64,000 nucleotides of DNA. Origin: Gammaproteobacteria bacterium. GTDB lineage: Bacteria; Pseudomonadota; Gammaproteobacteria; JAADGQ01. Below are positions 1 to 8,800 of this stretch, piece by piece. The position numbers and the translations under genes are program-made. The stretch lies in NCBI GenBank assembly GCA_021648145.1, contig JAKITI010000005.1:82427-146426 (forward strand), read 5' to 3'. Numbering within the stretch: the stretch's first letter is position 1; each line of letters opens with the position of its first letter. The notes under the pieces are model-generated. The model had not been told where the DNA came from and searched no databases. It saw only the letters and a list, made by a program, of their open reading frames with translations.

Positions 1-934
1 TCTGAAAATCTCCATCCAATTTTGCATGAATCGTACTTTCAGGAATATTTTTCCCTGTCATTTTTGTATTCAGATCTATTTTGTAATCAAACTTTTCACC
101 TTGAATATTAATATGCCCTTGATGAGCACTAAAATCGGATTCACCTATCAATGGCCAACTTAATTGTTGCCACTGAATATTGGAAAAATAGGGTAAATTT
201 TCATCAAGTGGCTTTGCATTTCCATTAAAAATTAACGCCACAACACCAGAGAGATCTCCCTCAAACTCAACATCTTTGACGCTATTAAATAACCTTAAAC
301 TCAGAGTTTCATCCTGACCTTCAAGTAACTGCCTAGCAACCACCTGAGTTTTAATATCCATAGGATAGTCACCACTCAACTGGAGCGACCCCGAAAGCTC
401 TGCCGTATATTTTTGATAATCTGCACTGAGATGTTTAACCACCAACTGGTCACCCTTGAGCGCACCTTGTAAAGCAATATCGTCAATATCAAACTGCTTT
501 CCTGATGAGTGAATTTCCAGACGCGTGATCTTTAGTTCATCCAATTCAATCGCAATCGGTACAACAATATTGGGTAATGAAATCACCTGTTTGTTTTGAT
601 CTTTGGGTTGATTGATGTGCACAACAACACTATCTGCACTCAGGTTTTTTATGCAGAGCGTACCTTTCAACAAACATGACAAATGCCACTGGCTGTGAAT
701 ATTTTCCAGTTTTACAACGTTACTCTGATCGTCCCAGTGAAATGAATTTATCTGCAAACCCGACCATAAAGAACCTGCCTGATAATCAATTGTCAACCGA
801 GACTCGAACTCATTAAGTTGATTAATCACCCAATTGCTGCCAATAGGGCTGCCAACAATCCAGACCAAAGTCATCAGAGCGCTCAAAGTCAGTAGCAACA
901 AAAAAGCCGTGATTCGAATCAACAACCGTTTCAT
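1..934 (-). CDS. tamB: TamB-like translocation and assembly module inner-membrane subunit. Only the N-terminal ~311 codons are present; the gene runs off the left edge.
   Basis: My own minus-strand translation from ATG 934-932 gives MKRLLIRITAFLLLLTLSALMTLVWIVGSPIGSNWVINQLNEFESRLTIDYQ..., which has an N-terminal membrane anchor. There is an ATGA start/stop overlap with the upstream Omp85-family gene, as in tamA-tamB operons. The ORF is absent from the track because it is open at the window edge. I checked only the first ~60 codons by hand. Confidence 0.7.
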   Translation of the reverse strand, partial: MKRLLIRITAFLLLLTLSALMTLVWIVGSPIGSNWVINQLNEFESRLTIDYQAGSLWSGLQINSFHWDDQSNVVKLENIHSQWHLSCLLKGTLCIKNLSADSVVVHINQPKDQNKQVISLPNIVVPIAIELDELKITRLEIHSSGKQFDIDDIALQGALKGDQLVVKHLSADYQKYTAELSGSLQLSGDYPMDIKTQVVARQLLEGQDETLSLRLFNSVKDVEFEGDLSGVVALIFNGNAKPLDENLPYFSNIQWQQLSWPLIGESDFSAHQGHINIQGEKFDYKIDLNTKMTGKNIPESTIHAKLDGDFQ

Positions 935-2757
935 AGCTGAGGTCCGATAGAGATATGCAAACGTTTGGGGACTTTTTCTTCGCTGATGCCAAACCCAACA
1001 TCAATGCGCAACAAGCCAATCGGAGAATTCCAGCGCATCCCGAAACCCACTCCCCTGCGAACAGGATCACTATTTTTGTTGAAAGCACGACCCGCATCAA
1101 CAAAGACCGCCCACCCCCAGTTTTGTGAAAAATAGTTGTTGTACTCCAAACTCCCTACCGTCAAATAACGCCCACCGACCAATTGACTCTTCGATGAAAC
1201 CGTTTGATAATCAAAGCCACGAATACTTTGATCCCCTCCTGTAAAAAAACGGTGAGTAATGGGAACTTTGTTAAAATCATTGGTACTCAAAAAACCCAGC
1301 TCGGCTCGGCTCAGAAAGCGGTGACGATGGCTCAACTTCCACAACCATTTCCCCGAAGCGGTTATTTTTTGTAAATCAATATCAGATCCTAACTGACGAC
1401 TGGCACCTTGCAATATCAGATTATAACGATACCCCCATTCTGCCAGGCGGGCTGACTGCTGAACCGTTTTAGACCAACTCATTCCAGGCAGCAGAAGGTT
1501 CGATTCTTGCCACGCCTCCCCCGTGACTTTAAAACGCTCCTGCTCCCAACGCAGTGAAAGCACTTTTTGCCAATCTTCCAGTGAACGTGAGTGGCGCAAT
1601 AAAGAAATTGTATTCAACCTGCTTTCACTGTCATCCAGAATCTCTTTCTGTATTCCACCCTTAATTTTCAGATAACGTGTTTCGGGTCGTTTAGAAAAGG
1701 GAACTTTATATTCAGCACTCAAAGATTGAGCCACCTGCGAAACTGCAATTCTAGCTCTGACTGAATCACCTCGGGAATTCACGTAAGGTCGAGACCAATC
1801 AGTTTGCCCACGCGCCCCTGTATCTGTGGCAAAACCCAAGCCTAAACTGACTGAATTTCTCTTATTGGGCACCAGTTTCACATGCAATGGAATTTTATTT
1901 TCATCAAATATGGCCTCTTGCTGAAGCTCGGCTCTTACACTTTTAAAATAGCCGCTACTACGAAGAGAGTTGGTCAACATGCTTAGATACTTTGATTCAT
2001 AAGGGGCATCCAGTGGAAATGGAACCCATTCCTGTAAGCGTTCACGGCTGATCGGACTCTCATCAAAAATGATCTCTCCAATTTGATAACGCCGCCCACT
2101 ATCAAAATGCAACAAGATATCTGCTTGCAGTTTTTTTGGTATTACTTCAATACGATGTTTTAAATAACCCGCATCAAAATAACCACGAGAACGTGCTAAT
2201 TTACTGAATAATGACTTATATTTTTCATAGTCACCATGATTAAGAATCTTGCCTTTGGAAAGGGGGTTGCTTGCCAGAAACTTTAAAAATTCAGGATCTT
2301 CTTTTGCTTCACCATCCAGAATAAATTGGACACGAGCCACTCGTACCGGCTGGCCGAGATGAATAGTGATACGAATCGTTGTATCGTTTTGTTGCTTGAT
2401 GACATGGGTTGTACTTGAGCTTAGGTAATAACCCACTGCTTGCAAGGCTTTCGATGACTCTTTTTTGATCATCTTGACAAAAGTAGCAACATCCTCATTT
2501 TTGTCACTGACCGGCTGACCAATATAAACACGAACTTGATCCTCTATCGTAGAGTCATCAATGCCATCAATTTCAATATTGATATCGGCCCAAGCAAATT
2601 TGGCAGGCAAACATAAAAATGACACTAAAAAAATAAGAGATATAAATCTTAGAGCGAGACAGATCCAAGATGAAGGTAAGTCAGGTAGCCACCACTCAGA
2701 AGAGTAATCTACCGCTGTTGATTGCCGCTCGCGCTCTGTTCCAAGGGCTTGCTGCAT
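931..2757 (-). CDS. tamA: Omp85-family outer-membrane protein, autotransporter assembly factor TamA-like
   Basis: 608-aa ORF with a signal-like segment (LIFLVSFLCLPAKFAWA), POTRA-like N-terminal part and a C-terminal surface-antigen beta-barrel (...GVGFGMRWNSPIGLLRIDVGFG...). It is followed by tamB with overlapping stop/start. The true start may be internal. Confidence 0.8.
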   Translation of the reverse strand: MQQALGTERERQSTAVDYSSEWWLPDLPSSWICLALRFISLIFLVSFLCLPAKFAWADINIEIDGIDDSTIEDQVRVYIGQPVSDKNEDVATFVKMIKKESSKALQAVGYYLSSSTTHVIKQQNDTTIRITIHLGQPVRVARVQFILDGEAKEDPEFLKFLASNPLSKGKILNHGDYEKYKSLFSKLARSRGYFDAGYLKHRIEVIPKKLQADILLHFDSGRRYQIGEIIFDESPISRERLQEWVPFPLDAPYESKYLSMLTNSLRSSGYFKSVRAELQQEAIFDENKIPLHVKLVPNKRNSVSLGLGFATDTGARGQTDWSRPYVNSRGDSVRARIAVSQVAQSLSAEYKVPFSKRPETRYLKIKGGIQKEILDDSESRLNTISLLRHSRSLEDWQKVLSLRWEQERFKVTGEAWQESNLLLPGMSWSKTVQQSARLAEWGYRYNLILQGASRQLGSDIDLQKITASGKWLWKLSHRHRFLSRAELGFLSTNDFNKVPITHRFFTGGDQSIRGFDYQTVSSKSQLVGGRYLTVGSLEYNNYFSQNWGWAVFVDAGRAFNKNSDPVRRGVGFGMRWNSPIGLLRIDVGFGISEEKVPKRLHISIGPQL

Positions 2758-2946
2758 GAGAAATTTAAATATGAAATATTAAAAAACGTGATATCAGTCG
2801 TTGGCAAATCCATATATACAAAAACGAGCACGAAATAACTTCTACATTTAACTTGCCCTTTGGCTCCAGTTCAAATTGATTTCACTGGAGCAAAGTTTCA
2901 ACGTAATTTGTATAAGCTATTCAGTGCTCATTCCTTTCAAGCAGTA

Positions 2947-3153
2947 TTAAAGAACAGAAACGTTCGCTGCTTGTGGACCTTTCTGTCCTTGCTCAACTTC
3001 AAACTGAACTTCCTGCCCTTCAGCAAGAGTTTTATAACCTGTGCTTGTAATCGCTCTGAAATGAACGAAAACATCCGCTCCATCTTCACGTTCAATAAAG
3101 CCAAAGCCTTTCTTTTCGTCAAACCATTTTACGCGACCAGTCGTGGTTGCCAT
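2947..3153 (-). CDS. cspA: Cold-shock protein, CspA family
   Basis: [35 protein letters not shown]... contains the canonical RNP1/RNP2 cold-shock motifs. I moved the start to the MATTTG methionine. The upstream intergenic region (3154-3460) is ~300 nt, consistent with a long csp 5' UTR. Confidence 0.95.
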   Translation of the reverse strand: MATTTGRVKWFDEKKGFGFIEREDGADVFVHFRAITSTGYKTLAEGQEVQFEVEQGQKGPQAANVSVL

Positions 3154-3460
3154 AAGCAAACTCCAAATATTTTAGTTGATTGTAATTGAATGGTGTCAGA
3201 CACCAAATTGATAAGGTGCTGAAAGATGCAGGAATTACTTACGTAGCAAACAAGATGTGATATTAAATGCATTATCTTCGAAATTGTATAAACATAAATT
3301 ATAGCTGCTGTAATCTCTACCAGCGAAGTTAACTCTACCCTACTATCAAGGTAAAGTAAAAGAAATTTTTTATATTATCCGCCTGATGACCAGAACAACC
3401 TTTTCTGGTTCCCATGCTCAGGCAAGCAGTCAAACTCAATAAACAAAACAGGATTAGGTA

Positions 3461-4666
3461 TCAAGCCGTTTTAAATTGCCCTACCATACCCTCTAATTCT
3501 TGAGACAATCGAGCCAACTCTTCGCTGCTGCGACTGGTCTGCTCCGCACCGACCGAAGTTTGGGATGATAACTCACTGATAGATACAACACTGCTGTTAA
3601 TCTCTTCTGAGACAGCGCTTTGTTGTTCAGCGGCACTGGCGATTTGAGCATTCATATCGTTAATAGTATTAACAGCCTGGGTAATAGAATCCAACGAAGA
3701 ACCCGCCTGCACCGCTTGCTCTACACTGCTCTCAGTTCGCTCACGCGCACTGTTCATTACTTTTACAGCACTCGCGGCATTAGATTGTAAGCCTTCAATC
3801 ATCTCCTGAATTTCCTGGGTTGATTCCTGAGTACGGCTGGCGAGCGTTCGAACCTCTTCAGCCACCACTGCAAAGCCTCGCCCCTGTTCTCCTGCCCGAG
3901 CAGCCTCAATCGCCGCATTTAACGCCAATAAATTAGTCTGTTCGGCAATACCTTTAATCACATCCAGCACCGAACCCACGCCTTCACTGTCTTTTTCTAA
4001 AGAATCAATAACAACAGATGCTTTTTGTACTTCAGATGCGACCGCTTCAATCGCCTCTACGGTACTTGAAACCACACCCTTGCCTTTAGTGGCCTCACTA
4101 TCCGCCTCATGCGCTGCTGTTGATGCCTGCTCAGCATTACGCGCCACCTCTAACACTGAAGCAGTCATTTCAGTAATTGCTGTAGCCACCTGCTCAGTTT
4201 GCTGCTGCTGTGCAGACAAACCATCACTGGTTTGTGTCGCTGTCATACTCAGCTCTCTTGTAGCATCGGACAAATGCTTGCTTGATGCCATGATTTTATT
4301 CACCACACCCGTAAACTTCTCGGCCATGTCATTAAAAGAGCGCGCGACCTCACCCAACTCATCTTTTGCATCACACGTCACACGTACAGAGAGATCACCT
4401 TTTGCTATTTTTTGTGAACTTACTTTTAGCTCATTAATTGTGCCCATCATGCTGTAATAAAAACCAATCAAAAAATATAACCCCAGCACCGTGGTAAATA
4501 CCAGCAAACCTGAAGCTAAATGCTCTTGAGAACCTTTCACCTCAAAAAAAACTTGATACAATTCCTCCAGTATTGCCATGGAAAATATTACAATAATCAG
4601 GAGTATTTTTTGTGCGTACAATAACTTATTCATAATTGCTATCGCAGGAGTGAAGAGCGCTTTCAT
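3461..4666 (-). CDS. Methyl-accepting chemotaxis protein: two TM segments with a minimal periplasmic loop, HAMP domain and signalling domain
   Basis: Contains a HAMP segment ([30 protein letters not shown]) and the canonical tip [38 protein letters not shown]. The start is placed at MKALF (ATG 4666), which has AGGA upstream. The ORF track's maximal start is 4726. Confidence 0.9.
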   Translation of the reverse strand: MKALFTPAIAIMNKLLYAQKILLIIVIFSMAILEELYQVFFEVKGSQEHLASGLLVFTTVLGLYFLIGFYYSMMGTINELKVSSQKIAKGDLSVRVTCDAKDELGEVARSFNDMAEKFTGVVNKIMASSKHLSDATRELSMTATQTSDGLSAQQQQTEQVATAITEMTASVLEVARNAEQASTAAHEADSEATKGKGVVSSTVEAIEAVASEVQKASVVIDSLEKDSEGVGSVLDVIKGIAEQTNLLALNAAIEAARAGEQGRGFAVVAEEVRTLASRTQESTQEIQEMIEGLQSNAASAVKVMNSARERTESSVEQAVQAGSSLDSITQAVNTINDMNAQIASAAEQQSAVSEEINSSVVSISELSSQTSVGAEQTSRSSEELARLSQELEGMVGQFKTA

Positions 4667-4832
4667 ATAATACATTCCTTGTTTTAATAAATAATGATCT
4701 CTATGTAATAGCGCCCTCTCACTCAAAACTTTTAGTTACTGATATTAATTACTGCTTCAATCGAACACTTTATATTTAAGAATAATCGAAAAATAACTTC
4801 CAAACGATACTATTAAACAGTATCATTAATCC

Positions 4833-5087
4833 ATGAATAGCAAACAACAAAAAGCACTAAAAAACTTGTTTGATACTCCTGTTAAAAAAAATATCAAATG
4901 GACTGACATTGAAAAACTAATGTTGGGTGTGGATGGCCAGATCAGACAAGGTGATGGTTCGAGGGTACGTATAGTCTTAGGCGATATATCTCTAAATATT
5001 CATACACCTCATCCTCATAAAGAATTAAAACCTTATCAGGTTCGTGCTATTCGAAAACTGTTTATTGAGCGAGGTATAGAGCCATGA
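4833..5087 (+). CDS. hicA: HicA-family type II toxin (mRNA interferase-like)
   Basis: 84 aa with ...GDGSRVRIVLGDISLNIHTPHPHKELKPYQVRAIRKLFIERGIEP, which matches the long HicA variant pattern (GS..., HRPHP, final GI). Its stop overlaps the start of the downstream HicB-like gene (ATGA). Confidence 0.75.
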   Translation: MNSKQQKALKNLFDTPVKKNIKWTDIEKLMLGVDGQIRQGDGSRVRIVLGDISLNIHTPHPHKELKPYQVRAIRKLFIERGIEP

Positions 5088-5407
5088 AATACAAAGGGTA
5101 TGAATCTGTAATAAGATACAGTGATGAAGACCAAACATTTATTGGTGAGGTTATTAACACTCGAGATATTTTAGTTTTTGATGGCAATGATGTTTTTGAG
5201 GTCGAACAATCATTTCATGCGACTGTTGACGAATATATCAAAGATTGTGCAGCAGAAAAAAAAGAGCCCAACAAACCATTTTCAGGGCAATTTGTTATGC
5301 GTATCAAACCTGAGTTACACCGCAATCTTTTTATTAGGGCAAGACAATCAGGGTTGAGCTTGAATGCTTTTGTTAGTAAAAAGTTAAGTGAAATAAGCCA
5401 CTCATAA
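5084..5407 (+). CDS. hicB: HicB-family antitoxin with C-terminal ribbon-helix-helix
   Basis: MKYKGYESVIRYSDEDQTFIGEVINTRDILVFDGNDVFEVEQSFHATVDEYIKDCAAEKKEPNKPFSGQFVMRIKPELHRNL... shows the typical HicB N-domain followed by the FSGKF-type linker and an RHH tail. Confidence 0.8.
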   Translation: MKYKGYESVIRYSDEDQTFIGEVINTRDILVFDGNDVFEVEQSFHATVDEYIKDCAAEKKEPNKPFSGQFVMRIKPELHRNLFIRARQSGLSLNAFVSKKLSEISHS

Positions 5408-5423
5408 GCATAAATCCTGAACT

Positions 5424-6893
5424 ATGAAATATAAAGACTTGCGCGACTTCATTAAGCAACTCGAAAAATCGGGTGAACTTCTACGCATTACTGAAGAGGT
5501 TGACCCCTACTTAGAGATGACTGAAATATGTGACCGCACACTACGTGGAAAGGGCCCCGCATTACTGTTTGAAAACCCTAAAGGGTTTAATACCCCCGTA
5601 CTCGCCAATTTATTTGGCACCCCGCACCGTGTTGCGTTAGGCATGGGTGAAGATTCAGTAGAATCCTTACGTGAAGTGGGAAAGACTCTTGCCTACCTTA
5701 AAGAACCTGAAGCACCTAAAGGCATGAAAGATGCCTGGAGCAAGCTGCCCATATTTAAACAAGTATTGAACATGGCTCCCAAAGAGCTTAAAAGCGCACC
5801 ATGCCAAGCCATTACTCAATCAGGTGATGATGTCGACTTAGGCAAACTGCCTATTCAAACGTGCTGGCCAGGTGATGCAGGACCATTAATCACATGGGGG
5901 TTAGTGATTACCAAAGGGCCACATAAAGAGCGCCAGAACTTAGGCATTTATCGCCAGCAAGTGATTGGCCGCAATAAATTAATCATGCGCTGGCTCTCAC
6001 ATCGTGGGGGCGCGCTGGATTTTAGAGAGTGGCAACAATCTCACCCAGGAGAGCGTTTTCCAATATCTGTTGCGCTGGGAGCAGACCCTGCCACTATTCT
6101 GGCCGCTGTCACTCCCGTACCGGACTCTTTATCAGAGTATGCCTTTGCCGGTTTGTTGCGTGGTTCAAAAACTGAAGTCGTCCAATCTCAAACCAATGGC
6201 CTACAAGTCCCTGCCAGCGCTGAATTTATACTTGAAGGCTATATTGAGCCGGGTGAAGAAGCCCCTGAAGGCCCTTTTGGTGACCACACGGGTTATTACA
6301 ATGAAGTGGATACTTTTCCTGTTTTCACAGTAGAACGCATCACAAGTCGCAGCGATCCTATTTACCACAGCACCTATACCGGCCGACCACCTGATGAACC
6401 TGCTGTTCTGGGTGTTGCATTGAATGAGGTGTTTGTACCCATTCTGCAAAAACAGTTTCCAGAAATTGTTGATTTTTATCTGCCGCCTGAAGGGTGTTCT
6501 TATCGTATGGCAATTGTCAGCATTAAAAAACAGTATCCTGGCCATGCCAAACGAGTCATGCTAGGAATCTGGTCTTTTTTACGACAATTCATGTACACCA
6601 AATTTGTCATCGTAACGGATGATGATGTAAACGTTCGTGACTGGAAGGATGTGATCTGGGCCATGACAACACGCATGGATCCATCGCGCGATACCACCAC
6701 GATTGAAAATACACCCATTGATTACTTGGATTTTGCCTCACCCGTTTCAGGTTTAGGCTCCAAAATGGGTTTTGATGCGACCAATAAGTGGCCAGGTGAA
6801 ACCACCCGTGAATGGGGCGTGCCTATTGAGATGGATGAAACCGTTAAAAAGCGTGTGGATGAATTGTGGAGTCGTCTTGGAATTAAGTTATAA
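5424..6893 (+). CDS. ubiD: 4-hydroxy-3-polyprenylbenzoate decarboxylase (UbiD)
   Basis: 489 aa with the N-terminus [35 protein letters not shown]... The protein is colinear with UbiD over its full length. Confidence 0.95.
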   Translation: MKYKDLRDFIKQLEKSGELLRITEEVDPYLEMTEICDRTLRGKGPALLFENPKGFNTPVLANLFGTPHRVALGMGEDSVESLREVGKTLAYLKEPEAPKGMKDAWSKLPIFKQVLNMAPKELKSAPCQAITQSGDDVDLGKLPIQTCWPGDAGPLITWGLVITKGPHKERQNLGIYRQQVIGRNKLIMRWLSHRGGALDFREWQQSHPGERFPISVALGADPATILAAVTPVPDSLSEYAFAGLLRGSKTEVVQSQTNGLQVPASAEFILEGYIEPGEEAPEGPFGDHTGYYNEVDTFPVFTVERITSRSDPIYHSTYTGRPPDEPAVLGVALNEVFVPILQKQFPEIVDFYLPPEGCSYRMAIVSIKKQYPGHAKRVMLGIWSFLRQFMYTKFVIVTDDDVNVRDWKDVIWAMTTRMDPSRDTTTIENTPIDYLDFASPVSGLGSKMGFDATNKWPGETTREWGVPIEMDETVKKRVDELWSRLGIKL

Positions 6894-6947
6894 CAATACT
6901 CAGCTCCCATGGCACAAACCATGGGAGCAAGGTATAACAGGTGCTGA

Positions 6948-7751
6948 CTATAAAGCCATCACCATTTCATTCGTTTTTTCAGCTTCCGCTTTTTCTAACT
7001 CAGCACTTTCCCATTCATCCCAACCATTACCGACACGCAATGCATCCAGCCAATTCAGGAATCGCGCAACATCTTCTCCTTGAAAAATAGAACCATGCTG
7101 CGGTGCAATCATATCAATATCCAGTTTTCTCACCATAGAGACCCACCGTGACTTGGCTTCATTCGATGGCATCCAGCGACGATGAAAATACTCCATATAA
7201 CCAATATGCTCTTGAAAATCTTTTACAAAAAGATCATCGTTATCTTCGGGTAACAACGCCGCACCAATATCTCCCGAAAACAGAATTTTTGCCTCAGCAT
7301 CGTAGAGACTCAAATTTCCCGATGAATGCATATAGTGTGCAGGCAATGCTTGCAATGGCAAATCTTCCAGCATCACAATGCCACCTTTATCAGGTATTGC
7401 ATTGATATTTTCCTCCAACACCCCAAAATGCGTAATAAACCCGACCCATACACTCGGCATATGCACTTTAATATGAGGCATCGCCTGAACCCATAATGTT
7501 AATGACGAAATAACGTCGGGATCCTGATGTGATGCAAAGAGACTATCCAGATTGCGCAAATCAAAATGTTTAGAGAGCTCTGCAGCCGTTGTCGAAAAAT
7601 TTTCAATTCCGCCCGGATCAAGCAACAAACCTTTACCATTTTTTTCAATCAAATATTGATTGGTATCAATAACTTCATCACGCTTGTTTTTATCTCGTCC
7701 AATGACACTCCAAACATGGCCATTTCTGCTAAAAAGTTGCTTTTTTATCAT
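6948..7751 (-). CDS. Metallo-beta-lactamase-fold protein of the flavodiiron / oxygen-binding di-iron (ODP-like) type, with no flavodoxin domain
   Basis: 267 aa. The layout follows the FDP N-domain: ...TNQYLIEKNGKGLLLDPGG, ASHQDPDV (in place of HxExDH), LPAHYMHSSGNLSLYDAEAKILFSGDIGAA, and IAPQHGSIF. It is co-directional with a mini-MCP-like gene 25 nt upstream. Confidence 0.55.
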   Translation of the reverse strand: MIKKQLFSRNGHVWSVIGRDKNKRDEVIDTNQYLIEKNGKGLLLDPGGIENFSTTAAELSKHFDLRNLDSLFASHQDPDVISSLTLWVQAMPHIKVHMPSVWVGFITHFGVLEENINAIPDKGGIVMLEDLPLQALPAHYMHSSGNLSLYDAEAKILFSGDIGAALLPEDNDDLFVKDFQEHIGYMEYFHRRWMPSNEAKSRWVSMVRKLDIDMIAPQHGSIFQGEDVARFLNWLDALRVGNGWDEWESAELEKAEAEKTNEMVMAL

Positions 7752-7776
7752 TTATTTATCCCTAAAATGAAGTAGT

Positions 7777-8424
7777 TCATGCTGTCTTTAATTCAACGAT
7801 TAATATAATTTCATCTAGCACAGAAGTGATTTTACTGGATTGATCTTTCAATATTTTGACCAGTGAACGCAACATATTTACCACCGCTTGAAAGCTCTCA
7901 CCCCCGCCTTCAGAGACCTCTGCTTCTACAGCAGAATATACCGAAAGGTATTGTCCTTTTTTTGATAGTTCCTTCAGTGGAGAAAGTTGCTCCTGCAACC
8001 GTTTAAATTGCCTCTTCAATGACTCCACCTCCAAGGCCTCATTTTTTTTCATTTTATCGACTGAATGGCTAAAAAATTCTCTGGGTGTTTTATCGCTTGA
8101 GGCTTCGTGTTTTTCAAGAATACGTTGAAACATTCTTTTATTATTATCCAGCGTCACGACTTTGGAAGAGAGAGAGACAACCTCATCAATAATTTTTCGG
8201 GTGCTGAGTATGCAGTGAGAAACATCATCACTCAGTAGCTGAATATCCTGCGTCAAGACCCTAAAAGTATTTCCATGACTGCCTGCTCGTGCAGCTGCAC
8301 AGCTTGCATTTGAAGAGAGCAATCGCATCCTTTTCGTCAGCGGCACCATTTTGTAAATTTCCGTATTGAGTGATACGCACCGCCTAAAAATATCCAGTTG
8401 CTCTGATGTCGATGAAAAATCCAT
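7777..8424 (-). CDS. Small soluble MCP-signalling-domain-like protein with two degenerate hairpin-tip motifs
   Basis: 215 aa with no TM segment. Residues 35-66 (LLSSNASCAAARAGSHGNTFRVLTQDIQLLSDDV) and 159-190 (YLSVYSAVEAEVSEGGGESFQAVVNMLRSLVK) both align with the MCP tip [30 protein letters not shown]. Confidence 0.55.
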   Translation of the reverse strand: MDFSSTSEQLDIFRRCVSLNTEIYKMVPLTKRMRLLSSNASCAAARAGSHGNTFRVLTQDIQLLSDDVSHCILSTRKIIDEVVSLSSKVVTLDNNKRMFQRILEKHEASSDKTPREFFSHSVDKMKKNEALEVESLKRQFKRLQEQLSPLKELSKKGQYLSVYSAVEAEVSEGGGESFQAVVNMLRSLVKILKDQSSKITSVLDEIILIVELKTA

Positions 8425-8533
8425 TTTTTACTCACCATTTATAATAGTTAAGAAGTGAAAAGTTAATCCGCTTGATTAATCAGGTAAAATCTGTATATTT
8501 TGGTTCTATCGGCTCTATACGAAAAAACTGTAA

Positions 8534-8770
8534 ATGCGCATCTACATGCAAATAACCCCAAAAGACCAACCCCTTCGCTTTTGTCACCTATTGGTACAGC
8601 AAGATTTACTCGGCAGTTGGGTCTTTATTAAAGAGGTCGGTTATCAAGGCGCGGCGGGACGCATCAAACGTGAACTTTGCAAAGATCAGTTGCACGGACA
8701 AAAAGTACTGACTCAACAACGCGATCTGATGCTAAGAAAGGGATTTCGTGTCGTATTCTCAGAAAATTAA
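8534..8770 (+). CDS. Small WGR-domain-like protein
   Basis: 78 aa: MRIYMQITPKDQPLRFCHLLVQQDLLGSWVFIKEVGYQGAAGRIKRELCKDQ...RKGFRVVF. From memory, this matches the short proteobacterial WGR-domain family pattern. Not verified by search. Confidence 0.5.
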   Translation: MRIYMQITPKDQPLRFCHLLVQQDLLGSWVFIKEVGYQGAAGRIKRELCKDQLHGQKVLTQQRDLMLRKGFRVVFSEN

Positions 8771-8800
8771 ACCTAACATGCGTATTCACAGGAGTTAAAT

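Noticed and set aside
822-1103. 93-aa minus-strand ORF spanning the tamA/tamB junction.
   Set aside because: It overlaps the end of tamA and the start of tamB in a different frame. The ATGA-coupled tamA/tamB reading accounts for the region.
2860-3189. 109-aa plus-strand ORF and 61-aa minus-strand ORF overlapping cspA.
   Set aside because: The cspA frame carries unmistakable cold-shock motifs. The others are shadows with no features.
4080-4457. 125-aa ORF antisense to the MCP signalling domain.
   Set aside because: It is the mirror of the Ala/Ser/Thr-rich coiled-coil coding region and has Cys/Ser-rich nonsense composition.
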